A stretch of DNA of 64,000 nt, taken from NCBI GenBank assembly GCA_022819825.1, contig JAJEGM010000044.1, forward strand, positions 41,186-105,185, in the 5' to 3' direction. The position numbers and the translations under genes were made by a program. Below the pieces are notes generated by a model. That model was not told the DNA's origin. It was given only the letters and a program-made list of their open reading frames with translations, and did not search any database. This document shows, piece by piece, positions 25,535 through 35,091 of the stretch (position 1 is its first letter; each line of letters begins with the position of its first letter). The DNA is from Acidimicrobiia bacterium. GTDB taxonomy: Bacteria; Actinomycetota; Acidimicrobiia; Acidimicrobiales; Bin134.

Positions 25535-26629
25535 GGCGCGGGCAGCGCAGGATGTGTCGTCGCCGCAGTCCTAGCCAGAGACGGCGTCGATGTAGACATA
25601 GTGGAAATCCAAAACGACGTGACCGCACTTGGCTCAGGTATCACCATCCAAGGCAACGCATTGCGAGTGCTCCGAGAGATCGGTGCCTGGGAAGCAGCAT
25701 CAGACGCCGGCTACGCATTCGACACCACCGGGATCCGCATACCCGACGGCACCCTTGTGGCGGAACTCGATGACATCAAGACAGGTGGCCAGGATCTCCC
25801 GGCGACCCTCGGAATGGAACGGAGGCACCTAGCTGAGATTCTCGTCGACACCGCGTCGGCAGCCGGCGCAACGCTGAGTTTCGGCATGACGGTAGCCAAC
25901 TTCGATGACGAAGGCGCGGGGGTTGATGTGACATTCAGCGACGGGACTAACTGCCGCTACGACCTTGTAATCGGAGCCGACGGTGTCAAGTCGACGGTGC
26001 GGGACATGATCGGGATCACTACCAGGCCCGAGCCCACCGGTATGGGAATCTTCCGAGTCTTCACGAGCCGACCAGACTCGGTAGAGCGCACCGACCTCTG
26101 TTACGCGGGTCCCGCCTACATCGCCGGCTACTGCCCAACTGGTGAGGATTCCCTGTACGCCTACATCGTGGAACCGATGCAAGATCGCGAAGAGATGCCG
26201 CCAGAAGACCAGCTCGCCTATATGCGCGAGCTTTCCGGGGCCTACCAAGGACCGTGGGAGGACATTCGCGAGCTGATGATCGACCCAGCGACCGTCCACT
26301 ACACCTGGTTCGAGAAAATGATCCTCGAACCGCCCTGGTGGCGCGGCCGCGTAGTCCTGATCGGCGATGCCGCCCATACCTGCCCGCCGACGATTGCGCA
26401 GGGTGCCGCACAGGCCATGGAGGACGCGTTAGTCCTAGGCGAGAGTTTGCTGGCCCACAGTGATCTCGCGTCCGCGCTCGACGCATTCATGGATCGCCGT
26501 TACGACCGGGCCAAGACCGTGGTGGATGCGTCGGTGCAAGTGGGGCAGTGGATGATCGACGATGACCCCGACGCAGACATCCCCGGACTATTCATGCGAA
26601 CGCTCGGCGCGCTATGCGAGCCGGCCTGA
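25505..26629 (+). CDS. FAD-dependent aromatic-ring monooxygenase (class A flavoprotein hydroxylase)
   Basis: Trimmed to ATG 25505 (MAAVETALVVGAGSAGCVVA, GxGxxG). DG..S..R and LIGDAAHTCPPTIAQGAAQAMEDA motifs. Confidence 0.85.
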   Translation: MAAVETALVVGAGSAGCVVAAVLARDGVDVDIVEIQNDVTALGSGITIQGNALRVLREIGAWEAASDAGYAFDTTGIRIPDGTLVAELDDIKTGGQDLPATLGMERRHLAEILVDTASAAGATLSFGMTVANFDDEGAGVDVTFSDGTNCRYDLVIGADGVKSTVRDMIGITTRPEPTGMGIFRVFTSRPDSVERTDLCYAGPAYIAGYCPTGEDSLYAYIVEPMQDREEMPPEDQLAYMRELSGAYQGPWEDIRELMIDPATVHYTWFEKMILEPPWWRGRVVLIGDAAHTCPPTIAQGAAQAMEDALVLGESLLAHSDLASALDAFMDRRYDRAKTVVDASVQVGQWMIDDDPDADIPGLFMRTLGALCEPA

Positions 26630-26652
26630 CCATCTCGGAGCCGGAAGTACTT

Positions 26653-27591
26653 ATGACAGAACGATTGATAACCCACCTCCGCCACGTCGACCTCGCGGTG
26701 TCCAACTACGCGGAGCAGCGGAATTTCTACCTCGACACCTGGGGCCTCAGCGAGGTCGCCACCGACGGCAACTTGTCCTATATGGCCGCAGAAGGCTCAC
26801 CTGAACCCTTTGTCGTGCGGCTGCGGGAGGCCGACGACAAGCGGATCGACCTCATCAGCCTGGGCGCCGCAGATCGCGCCGCGGTCGACCGGCTCGCGTC
26901 CTTGCTCGGCAGCGCCAATGTTCAGCTGGTGACCGAGCCCAGGGATTTGACGACCTACGGCGGCGGGTACGGCTTCCGATTCTTCGACGGTGACGGACGC
27001 ACGCTCGAGGTCTGCTGCGAAGTCGAGGAGCACGAAGCCCGCGAGATCGAGCCGATGGAGGCGATCCCGCGATCGCTGTCACACGTCGTTATCAACTCGG
27101 CCGATCCGGAGAGCACGGTCGCTTGGTACATGCAGCACCTCGGAATGGCGATCAGCGACCAGCTGACGATGCCTGGCATGGGCGACCTGATGTGGTTTCT
27201 GCGTTGCAGCCCCTGGCATCACACCTTCGCGGTCGTCCGCGGCCCGCATGCGTCTCTCCATCACCTTTCATTCGAGATGCGTGGTGTGGAGGAGAACATG
27301 ATGGCGACGGGCCGGGTGATGCGGGCCGGCATCGAGCGCATCTGGGGGCCCGGCAAGCACAAGGCCGGCGACAACATGTTCAACTATTTCATCGATCCGG
27401 CCGGCAACACAATGGAGTACACGACCGAACTCGAGTTGGTTGACGAGGCCGCCTGGGTACCCCACAAGTACCCGATAGTCGAGCCCATGGTCGCCGACCA
27501 ATGGGGAACCGCCAACCCAATGGGCCCCGACATTGCGCAAAAGAGCCACAACGACCCGGACCGAGGGCTCTTTGTCCCTCCGCCAGTCTGA
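26653..27591 (+). CDS. Type I extradiol ring-cleavage dioxygenase (VOC superfamily, two-domain)
   Basis: Trimmed to ATG 26653. About 312 aa with paired VOC modules (LRHVDLAV... / LSHVVINS...), and His/His/Glu-type positions (HH.SF, Y..DP.GN..E). Confidence 0.7.
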   Translation: MTERLITHLRHVDLAVSNYAEQRNFYLDTWGLSEVATDGNLSYMAAEGSPEPFVVRLREADDKRIDLISLGAADRAAVDRLASLLGSANVQLVTEPRDLTTYGGGYGFRFFDGDGRTLEVCCEVEEHEAREIEPMEAIPRSLSHVVINSADPESTVAWYMQHLGMAISDQLTMPGMGDLMWFLRCSPWHHTFAVVRGPHASLHHLSFEMRGVEENMMATGRVMRAGIERIWGPGKHKAGDNMFNYFIDPAGNTMEYTTELELVDEAAWVPHKYPIVEPMVADQWGTANPMGPDIAQKSHNDPDRGLFVPPPV

Positions 27592-27661
27592 CAAACGCCT
27601 TTCCGAGTTTCGGCATGGTGCGAGACCTCTCAGTTGCGAGATTCCCCATCGAAAGGAATTG

Positions 27662-28456
27662 ATGGCTCCCACGCAAGTTCCCATGTCCAAGCGCTTCGAA
27701 GGTCGATCTGTTCTCGTTACGGGGGCAGGCACCGGCTTCGGTGCCGAGATTGCCGTGCGGGCCGCCCAGGAGGGGGCCCGGGTCGTCGGCGTGCACTACC
27801 GGAACTCGATGGAGGGCGCTAAGCGCACCGTTGAGCGGGTACAGGCGACAGGCAGTTCTGCGCTGCTCCTGCAAGCCGATATCTCGGATTGGAATCAGGT
27901 TCGGGCCATGGCGGAGAGGTCCTTTGCTGAGATCGAGACCGTCGACACCCTGGTCAACAACGTGGGTGATGTGGCCCGAGAGCAGATGTCCTGGCGCGAT
28001 GTCACTGAAGCCTCGATCAATCACGTCATCGACGTCGATGTGAAGGGAACGATGTTCTGCATTCATGAGTTTGGTACGCGGATGCTCGAACAAGGCCACG
28101 GCAACATAGTCAACATCGGGTCGACGGTCGTGGTTCGCGGCAGCGCTCGAGCTCCGCAGTACGCCGCGGCCAAATATGCCTTGATCGGGCTCACAAAGTC
28201 CTACGCCCATGCGTTTGCCCCCACCGTCCGTATCAACACTTTCGCCCCGGGCTTCATCGAGACCGAAGCAACTCTCGGCCGAGAGGACTGGAAGAGCGGT
28301 CGAGCGGAGGAACTGCGCTCCATGACCCCCATGAACCACATCCCAGGGCCAGCCGAGATTGCTGGGGCTGCGCTGTTCCTCGCCACCGACGACGCCAACC
28401 ACATTACGGGCGCGTACATGCTGGCTGATGGAGGCTTCAACATGGTGGGTGCGTAG
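27662..28456 (+). CDS. Short-chain dehydrogenase/reductase
   Basis: Start ATG 27662 after AAGGAA. TGAGTGFG cofactor motif, NNVG, catalytic YAAAKYA (YxxxK). Confidence 0.85.
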   Translation: MAPTQVPMSKRFEGRSVLVTGAGTGFGAEIAVRAAQEGARVVGVHYRNSMEGAKRTVERVQATGSSALLLQADISDWNQVRAMAERSFAEIETVDTLVNNVGDVAREQMSWRDVTEASINHVIDVDVKGTMFCIHEFGTRMLEQGHGNIVNIGSTVVVRGSARAPQYAAAKYALIGLTKSYAHAFAPTVRINTFAPGFIETEATLGREDWKSGRAEELRSMTPMNHIPGPAEIAGAALFLATDDANHITGAYMLADGGFNMVGA

Positions 28457-29311
28457 GTGACTGGTGCCCCCGAGTCGCTAAGGGCGGTCGTGTTCGCCGT
28501 GGACGGCAGCCGTCGCGTGGGTCGTCTCGAAGGCGATACCGTCGTCGATGCGGGGCCAGCTTCCGAGCGCGGCTTCATTCCAACCACCGAGGCCTGGAAC
28601 CAGCTCCGCAGTGCCGATGGCCCGAATTACCCCTTCGACAACGTGGCGCTCGACGCGCCAGTCCGACCAGCCAAGATCCTCGCCATTGGGATCAACTACC
28701 GCGACCACGCAGCAGAATCGAATAACGAGGAACCCGAAGAACCAGTTGTGTTCGCGAAATTCCCATCGTCAGTGATCGGGCACGGACAAACCATCATCGT
28801 GCCCCAAGAAGAGACCCGTCCCGACTGGGAGGGTGAGATGGGTATTGTGATCGGCCGATCGGCATACCGCGCCAACGCCGCCAGCGCACGGACAGCAATC
28901 GGAGCCATCACGGCAGTGAACGACGTCTCGGGCCGTCGGGCCCAACTCGAGACCCCCCTCAAGCAGTTCACCTTGGGCAAGAGCTTTGACACCTTCACCC
29001 CCATGGGGCCATGCCTCGTCGACTCCACCGACATTGACCTTGACGATCTCGAGGTCACAACGGTAGTGAGCGGTGTCAGGAAACAGCACTCCTCAACGAG
29101 CAAAATGATCTACTCGGCTGTCGAGCTAGTGGAATACCTTTCCCGCGGGGTGACGCTCGAGCCCGGCGACGTCATCGCCACCGGTACACCAGCGGGCGTG
29201 GGAAACCGCGAAAGCCCCCCTCGATACCTCCGCGAGGGTGACATCGTCGAAGTCTCGGTGTCACACGTGGGTACGCTGCGCAATGCGGTCAAGATGGAGT
29301 CGGAGTCATGA
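28457..29311 (+). CDS. Fumarylacetoacetate hydrolase (FAH)-family protein, paralogue 1
   Basis: 284 aa, GTG start directly after the SDR stop. FAH-domain blocks (ILAIGINYRDH, WEGEMGIVIG, GDVIATGTPAGVG). Confidence 0.8.
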   Translation: MTGAPESLRAVVFAVDGSRRVGRLEGDTVVDAGPASERGFIPTTEAWNQLRSADGPNYPFDNVALDAPVRPAKILAIGINYRDHAAESNNEEPEEPVVFAKFPSSVIGHGQTIIVPQEETRPDWEGEMGIVIGRSAYRANAASARTAIGAITAVNDVSGRRAQLETPLKQFTLGKSFDTFTPMGPCLVDSTDIDLDDLEVTTVVSGVRKQHSSTSKMIYSAVELVEYLSRGVTLEPGDVIATGTPAGVGNRESPPRYLREGDIVEVSVSHVGTLRNAVKMESES

Positions 29312-29904
29312 TCGCGCGCCCGATTGAACGTTTCCGACCAGCCGAGCTCAACGAAGCCCAGCAACGCCTCTACGACGAGCTCACCACCGGCTTAAGGTCG
29401 CGCGACCCGCAGTACTTCTCGATTGTCAATGCTGACGGTGGATTGGAAGGACCTTTCAATGCCTTCCTGCTCCAACCGGCTCTAGGATCTGCCCTCCAAG
29501 CGGTTGGTGCAGCGATCCGCTACGAAACAGAGTTGACCGATCGGACCCGGGAGCTCGCCATACTCGTGGTCGCAGCCGCATGGAAATCCGAGTTCGAGCG
29601 GCACGCGCACGAGCCAATCGCACGAGCGGCGGGTGTCACAAATGCTGAGATCACCGCGATCCGTGAGGGCGACGACTCTACAGCGGTGTGGCCCGACGCA
29701 AACGACCGGACGGTGGTTCAGGCAGTGCGCTCGCTCCACGAAAGTGGCGATTTCGACGACGAGCTCTACGACCGCGTCGTAGCTGCTCTCGGCCTCCCGG
29801 GGCTGTTCGAGCTGATGACCCTCGTCGGCTACTACGCCACCCTCGCCATGCAACTTAGAGTCCTCCGGGTCGCACTTCCCCAAGATTTGAGTTGTTCCAA
29901 TTGA
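29308..29904 (+). CDS. Carboxymuconolactone decarboxylase (AhpD-like) family protein
   Basis: 198 aa, ATGA-coupled. CMD-family character (RELAILVVAAAWKSEFERHAH). Confidence 0.65.
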   Translation: MIARPIERFRPAELNEAQQRLYDELTTGLRSRDPQYFSIVNADGGLEGPFNAFLLQPALGSALQAVGAAIRYETELTDRTRELAILVVAAAWKSEFERHAHEPIARAAGVTNAEITAIREGDDSTAVWPDANDRTVVQAVRSLHESGDFDDELYDRVVAALGLPGLFELMTLVGYYATLAMQLRVLRVALPQDLSCSN

Positions 29905-29920
29905 AAGGCCGGAGATTTCC

Positions 29921-30805
29921 ATGAAACTCGCAACTTTCAACAACGGAAGAGTCGGCCGCATCGAGGATGATCAAATGGTCGAACTCGAATGCGGAACAAC
30001 TCGCGAGTACTTCGAGCGAGCTGGTGACGTTCGCGAGACCGGCGAACGCATCGCCATGAGCGAAGTTCGCCTTGAAGCGCCGATCGTGCCCAAGAAGTTC
30101 TTCCACACCGCGGGCAACTTCCTCGACCACCACGAGGAGCTCGCTGCCGTTGACTGGTCACATCCCGTCCACAAAGGGATCGTCTTTTTTCAAAATGTCG
30201 ACGCGATCATCGGACCTGACGATGCAATCGTGTATCCCGAGGGTCTCACCAATGAGGTCGACTACGAGCTCGAACTAGCCATCATCATCGGCAAGCAAGG
30301 ACGTTGGTTCAGCGCCGAGGAGGCTGTTGACCACATCGCTGGGTACATGGTGTTCAACGACATCACAGCTCGTGACATCCAGCGCCGAGAGATGGAGTCT
30401 GGAGTCTTCTCGTTCTCAAAGGCGATCGAGACGTTCTGCCCCATTGGGCCCTACATCGTCACCGCCGACGAAATCGATGACGCCCAGAACCTGGCCATGG
30501 AGCTACGCGTCAACGGAGATGTCCGTCAGAAGGGCCATACGAAACAGATGCGCATCGACATCCCCCACCTCGTCGCTTACCACTCGCCCCAGGGTTACTC
30601 AGCTGGCGACATCATCACGACGGGGACGATCTCCGGCGTCGCCGCCGTACAGCCCAATCCCTTCGACTTCTACCTCCGGCCCGGAGATCAGATCGAGGCC
30701 GAGATAGAAGCCGTAGGCATCTTGCGCAATCACGTAGTTCGGTGGAGCGCAGCACACGACACAGAGCCATACACCATGGACCTGTACACACCGACCGACA
30801 GTTGA
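29921..30805 (+). CDS. FAH-family protein, paralogue 2
   Basis: 294 aa. MKLATF... start, YELELAIIIG, GDIITTGTISGV blocks. Confidence 0.8.
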   Translation: MKLATFNNGRVGRIEDDQMVELECGTTREYFERAGDVRETGERIAMSEVRLEAPIVPKKFFHTAGNFLDHHEELAAVDWSHPVHKGIVFFQNVDAIIGPDDAIVYPEGLTNEVDYELELAIIIGKQGRWFSAEEAVDHIAGYMVFNDITARDIQRREMESGVFSFSKAIETFCPIGPYIVTADEIDDAQNLAMELRVNGDVRQKGHTKQMRIDIPHLVAYHSPQGYSAGDIITTGTISGVAAVQPNPFDFYLRPGDQIEAEIEAVGILRNHVVRWSAAHDTEPYTMDLYTPTDS

Positions 30806-30838
30806 CACACTCGACTACCAAGGAATGGAACCAAACCC

Positions 30839-32098
30839 ATGTCCATCATCATCACTGGAGGCCAAATATTCGACGGGACCGGAACGGCGGCGACCCCGGG
30901 TGAAATAGTCATTGATGGCGACCGGATCACCGAGGTCCGATCCGGCCACCACCCAGACCACCACGACGGCCACGAGATTGTTGATGCAACCGGCTGCACC
31001 GTCATGCCTGGGCTCGTCGAATCGCACGCTCATATCACGTTTCCGTCAGCCGTCGGCCATATAGACCCATCTTTCAATCCTCCGCTCGATGTCTCCTTCT
31101 TTGAGAAAATCGAAGGATTCCCTTCGGAACTCGCCCGCGCCGAGCGAAACGCCGGTATTCTCCTCGACGCCGGATTTACATCCGCCTACTCCGCGGGATC
31201 GCTCATTCCGATGCCCACCGAGGTTGCCCTCCGAGACAAGCTAGATGCCGGCGTCATCCCCGGCCCGCGGTTCAAGGCTTGTGCGGCAGAGCGAGATGCC
31301 GTGCCCCGAGGTCCAGTCGACAGGCCGGAGGACTGGGATAAGCCGGCAGCGCTCGCAGACTGGGTTCGGTCCCACGCTGAGCAGGGTTTCGACTCGATCA
31401 AGCTGCTCCTCAGCAATGACGACGTCTTCGTCAAAGGCGGCAACCAGATCACCCAGTACTCTGAGGACCAGGCGAAGGCCGCTGGAGAAACTGCTCGTGA
31501 GTACGGCGTCTGGCTTGCCGCGCATTGTCAGGCCGCAGAGTCGGTGAAGCTCGCCGTCCGCCACGGCTTTCGGTCGATCTACCACTGCACATATGCAGAC
31601 GAAGAGGCACTCGACATGCTCGAAGAGGCCAAAGACGAGGTGTTCGTCTCGCCGGCGCCGGGGATCATTTGGGCAAACATCCACGCCGGGGAGGAGTACG
31701 GGATCGACCGGGCTATGGCAGAGCAGATGGGCTCAGTGGCATGCCTCGACCACATGCGTGAGCTCTATCCGAAAATGCGAGCCCGTGGCATCAGGGTGCT
31801 ACCCGGTGGCGACTACGGCTTTCCAAACAACCCCATCGGCAAGAACGCACACGACCTGGCCCTCTTCGTGACCGAGCTCGGCTACACGGAAACAGAGACA
31901 CTGGTAGCAGCGACGAAGCTCGGTGGCGAGCTGATGGGCATGGGTGATGAACTGGGATTGCTGGCCGAGAACTACCTGGCCGACGTGCTCGTCGTCGAAG
32001 GCGACCCCATCGCCGACATCACCGTACTCGAGGAACCCAAGAGGATCGTGGCGATCATGCAGGGCGGCCGATTCCACAAGCAACCCGCGGCGCGCTAG
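30839..32098 (+). CDS. Metal-dependent amidohydrolase (amidohydrolase_1-like)
   Basis: 419 aa. N-terminal beta-sandwich start (IIITGGQIFDGTG...), PGLVESHAHI HxH motif, C-terminal ADVLVVEGDP.. motif. Confidence 0.75.
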   Translation: MSIIITGGQIFDGTGTAATPGEIVIDGDRITEVRSGHHPDHHDGHEIVDATGCTVMPGLVESHAHITFPSAVGHIDPSFNPPLDVSFFEKIEGFPSELARAERNAGILLDAGFTSAYSAGSLIPMPTEVALRDKLDAGVIPGPRFKACAAERDAVPRGPVDRPEDWDKPAALADWVRSHAEQGFDSIKLLLSNDDVFVKGGNQITQYSEDQAKAAGETAREYGVWLAAHCQAAESVKLAVRHGFRSIYHCTYADEEALDMLEEAKDEVFVSPAPGIIWANIHAGEEYGIDRAMAEQMGSVACLDHMRELYPKMRARGIRVLPGGDYGFPNNPIGKNAHDLALFVTELGYTETETLVAATKLGGELMGMGDELGLLAENYLADVLVVEGDPIADITVLEEPKRIVAIMQGGRFHKQPAAR

Positions 32099-32102
32099 CG
32101 AC

Positions 32103-32909
32103 ATGATCGCTGTCCACCATGCGATCACCTACGCATCAGTCATAGGCTTTCGGCCGCTGGCGCTGGACCTGTACGTCCCAGAGGAGCCCCGAGCAGCCTG
32201 CGTCTACCTGCACGGCGGGGGCTGGCGCCGGGGGTCGCGGCGCGACGGGCCAGGGCACATGACCGGACCCGGTGAGGAGTTCCTCGAGAGGATGGCGGAG
32301 CGCCAGCTTGCCGTTGCTGCCTGTGACTACCGGCTAAGCGGCGAGGCCATATTTCCTGCCCAGCTCGAGGATGTGATTGCTGCGTGTCGCTTTGTCACCT
32401 CCGATCTCGGTGTTTACGGGGTCTCCGAGATTCCGCTCACGCTCTGGGGTCTGTCCTCAGGTGCCCACCTGGCCGCACTCGCGGCTCTCAACCCACGCCT
32501 CGACGTCGAGGTGGCCGCCGTAACCTGTTGGTCCGCCCCCTCAGACATTGCTCGACATCAAGATGATCTTGAAGCGCTGGGGGCCCCCGTCGACCGGGGA
32601 CCGGGCTCGCGTGAGGCTCAGTTGTTGGGGGGTGTGGTGGACGAGCTTCCCGATGCGGCCAGGAATGCAAGCCCCGTCCATCACATTCGAGCCACGTCGA
32701 CACGCTTCGAGCTCGTGCATGGCACCAACGATGTTCATGTGCCCGTTGCGCAGAGCAAGCGCTTTGCCGCCGCGCTGGAAGAGACGGGGACATCGGCGAC
32801 TTTGGTGCTGGTCGAAGGTGGCGATCACTTCTACAAGGAGATCGAACGCGATCGCTTGTCAGAACTGGTGGATACCTCGATCGACTTTCTGATCGGCAAC
32901 TCTTCGTGA
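32103..32909 (+). CDS. Alpha/beta hydrolase (esterase, HGGG-type fold-3 family)
   Basis: Trimmed to ATG 32103. VYLHGGGW oxyanion motif and GLSSGAH nucleophile elbow (GxSxG). Confidence 0.75.
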   Translation: MIAVHHAITYASVIGFRPLALDLYVPEEPRAACVYLHGGGWRRGSRRDGPGHMTGPGEEFLERMAERQLAVAACDYRLSGEAIFPAQLEDVIAACRFVTSDLGVYGVSEIPLTLWGLSSGAHLAALAALNPRLDVEVAAVTCWSAPSDIARHQDDLEALGAPVDRGPGSREAQLLGGVVDELPDAARNASPVHHIRATSTRFELVHGTNDVHVPVAQSKRFAAALEETGTSATLVLVEGGDHFYKEIERDRLSELVDTSIDFLIGNSS

Positions 32910-33841
32910 GCGCTTTATCGGGACAGCGAATTGCAGTCGTCGGAGGGGGGCAGATAGGTGCCAGCTGGTCGGCTCTCTTCGCTCATTACGGGGCTGCCGT
33001 CACCTTGTGGGATCCGGTGACCAAAACGTACGAGATCGCAGACAAACGGATTAGGCGAGCACGGTCTCAGCTTGCCGAAATCTGCCCGGCCGTCGAGGCC
33101 GGCTCTGTCGAGTTTGCCGATGACTTTGCTGAAGCCTTGTCGGGTGCATCGCTAATCCAGGAGAACGCACCCGAATCCATCCAGACCAAAAGGCACCTGT
33201 ACGAAGACATCGAGGCCGTTGTCGCCGACACGGCGATCATTGCATCGTCGACCTCATCGCTGCGGTGGAGCGACTTATCACCTGGCCTTCGAGTCTCGGA
33301 CCGATTCGTCACAGCACACCCCTTCCACCCACCGCACCTCGTACCCCTCGTTGAGATATATGGAATCGACCCGTCTACCTGCGATCGAGTCGAAGCAATC
33401 TACCGAACAACAGATCGTGTCACGGTCCGGCTGAAAAAAGACGCTGTAGGGCACATCGCAAACCGATTGGCGTCTGCCCTGTACCGGGAGGCAGTTCACA
33501 TCGTGGCGGAAGAGATCGCCGACGTCGAAGCCGTCGACACTGCTCTCATCAACGGACCCGGACTGCGTTGGGCTGCGGTCGGCGTCCACATGGGTTACCA
33601 CTTAGGTGGGGGAGACGGTGGGTTGGCCTCCTATCTTGACGCCCTGGGGCCGAGCCAAGAGCGTCGATGGGCAGACCTCGGTACACCAGTGGTCGACCAG
33701 TCAACAAAGGCCGCTCTCGTAGCTGGCGTTCAAGCAGCAGCCGCTGGTCGCGATCTGCCAATGCTTGAGGCCGAACGCGATCGCCATCTAATTGATTCGG
33801 CTCGCAAACGTCTCGGGCGTACCTTCGACGAATCGACCTGA
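32906..33841 (+). CDS. 3-hydroxyacyl-CoA dehydrogenase-family NAD-binding protein
   Basis: 311 aa, GTGA-coupled. IAVVGGGQIGASW Rossmann motif. HAD-family N- and C-domains. Confidence 0.65.
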   Translation: MSALSGQRIAVVGGGQIGASWSALFAHYGAAVTLWDPVTKTYEIADKRIRRARSQLAEICPAVEAGSVEFADDFAEALSGASLIQENAPESIQTKRHLYEDIEAVVADTAIIASSTSSLRWSDLSPGLRVSDRFVTAHPFHPPHLVPLVEIYGIDPSTCDRVEAIYRTTDRVTVRLKKDAVGHIANRLASALYREAVHIVAEEIADVEAVDTALINGPGLRWAAVGVHMGYHLGGGDGGLASYLDALGPSQERRWADLGTPVVDQSTKAALVAGVQAAAAGRDLPMLEAERDRHLIDSARKRLGRTFDEST

Positions 33842-33861
33842 AGGCCTGAACGGCTCGCCCG

Positions 33862-35055
33862 CTATGCTGGTTCGATGCTGAGGGGCAAGGAATCGAGCCC
33901 GCGCAGTGAATTGTTGAGGCGCGGAATGGGTTCCCCATTCGGTTCAATCAATCGCACGCGATCGCGAAGAGCTGTGAAGACGGCTTCCCCCTCCATGCGG
34001 GCGATAACCATGCCGACGCAGGTGTGAATTCCGATGCCGTAGCCCAAGTGCCCGGTAAGCCGCCGTGTGACATCGAATCCGTCGGGGTTGTTCCACCGAC
34101 GTGGATCGCGGTTGGCACCTGCGAACAATATGAGCACTTTCTGATCTCCGGCGATCTCCAAATCGCCAACAGTGGTGGACCCCGTCGTCGTGCGGAAGAA
34201 CCCAATGACCGGGCAATCGCGGCGTATGGTCTCCTCGAAAGCAGCGCGTGCCAGTAGAGGATTCTCACGCACGAGCAGCCACTGGTCGGGCTCCGTCGCC
34301 AGGTTGTTGAGCGCAAATGCAATTCCGCTGACCGTGGTATCGACCCCTGCCGACAGGAACGAGCGCACCAGCATCGCTCCATCATCAGGAGTCAAACCGG
34401 CCGCCTCGGCGGCATCGTGGATCGCCGCGCCTATTCCTCCTGACTGGAGCGCATCGCGTGCACATGTCGCCGTGACCCAGGCGATCGTCTCTTCTGCATT
34501 CGCCATGGCAGTGCGGAAGCGTTGGTTCTCGACACCGTTGCCGTTGAAGACCAGGGATCCGTAGTCGAGTAGCCGTTGTCGCGTCTCGTCGTTTACCTCA
34601 ATCCCGAATACCCGCGGAAACACCTCTGTGGGAAACACCTCGGCCAAGTCTCGGACGCCATCGAATTGCCTGCGATCGATCAACTCGTCGACTATCCGGC
34701 CAGCTGCCTTAGCGAATGCGCTTTCGAGTGATCGCAGTGCCTTGGGGGTCATCGTGCCCGCTACCACCTTCCGGTTGCGAGTGTGCTCGGGAGGGTCTGC
34801 TTCGACGAGAATGCTCGGTCGGCGCCATGATTGGTCGACGGCTAGGTCGGCCAGCCCCACGCCCCGACTCGACGAGAACTTCTCGTGATTGCGCAGCGCT
34901 GCCACTACGTCGTCATGTCGAGCGATCGCCCAGATTCCGTATCGGTCGAGCCAGACCGCGTGACCGGCATCCCGGATCAAGGTCAAGTCGTCCCACGGTT
35001 CTGCGAGAAACTCGTCGCTGTACGGATCGACCCTTGATGCGGTGTGGCTGGTCAT
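33862..35055 (-). CDS. Cytochrome P450
   Basis: 397 aa. Heme-binding HLGYGIGIHTCVG (FxxGxHxCxG-type), ETIR (ExxR), AGVDTT I-helix motif. Confidence 0.9.
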   Translation of the reverse strand: MTSHTASRVDPYSDEFLAEPWDDLTLIRDAGHAVWLDRYGIWAIARHDDVVAALRNHEKFSSSRGVGLADLAVDQSWRRPSILVEADPPEHTRNRKVVAGTMTPKALRSLESAFAKAAGRIVDELIDRRQFDGVRDLAEVFPTEVFPRVFGIEVNDETRQRLLDYGSLVFNGNGVENQRFRTAMANAEETIAWVTATCARDALQSGGIGAAIHDAAEAAGLTPDDGAMLVRSFLSAGVDTTVSGIAFALNNLATEPDQWLLVRENPLLARAAFEETIRRDCPVIGFFRTTTGSTTVGDLEIAGDQKVLILFAGANRDPRRWNNPDGFDVTRRLTGHLGYGIGIHTCVGMVIARMEGEAVFTALRDRVRLIEPNGEPIPRLNNSLRGLDSLPLSIEPA

Positions 35056-35091
35056 CGCCCTCCCTCCGGCGCCGACCGTATACGGATTCCC

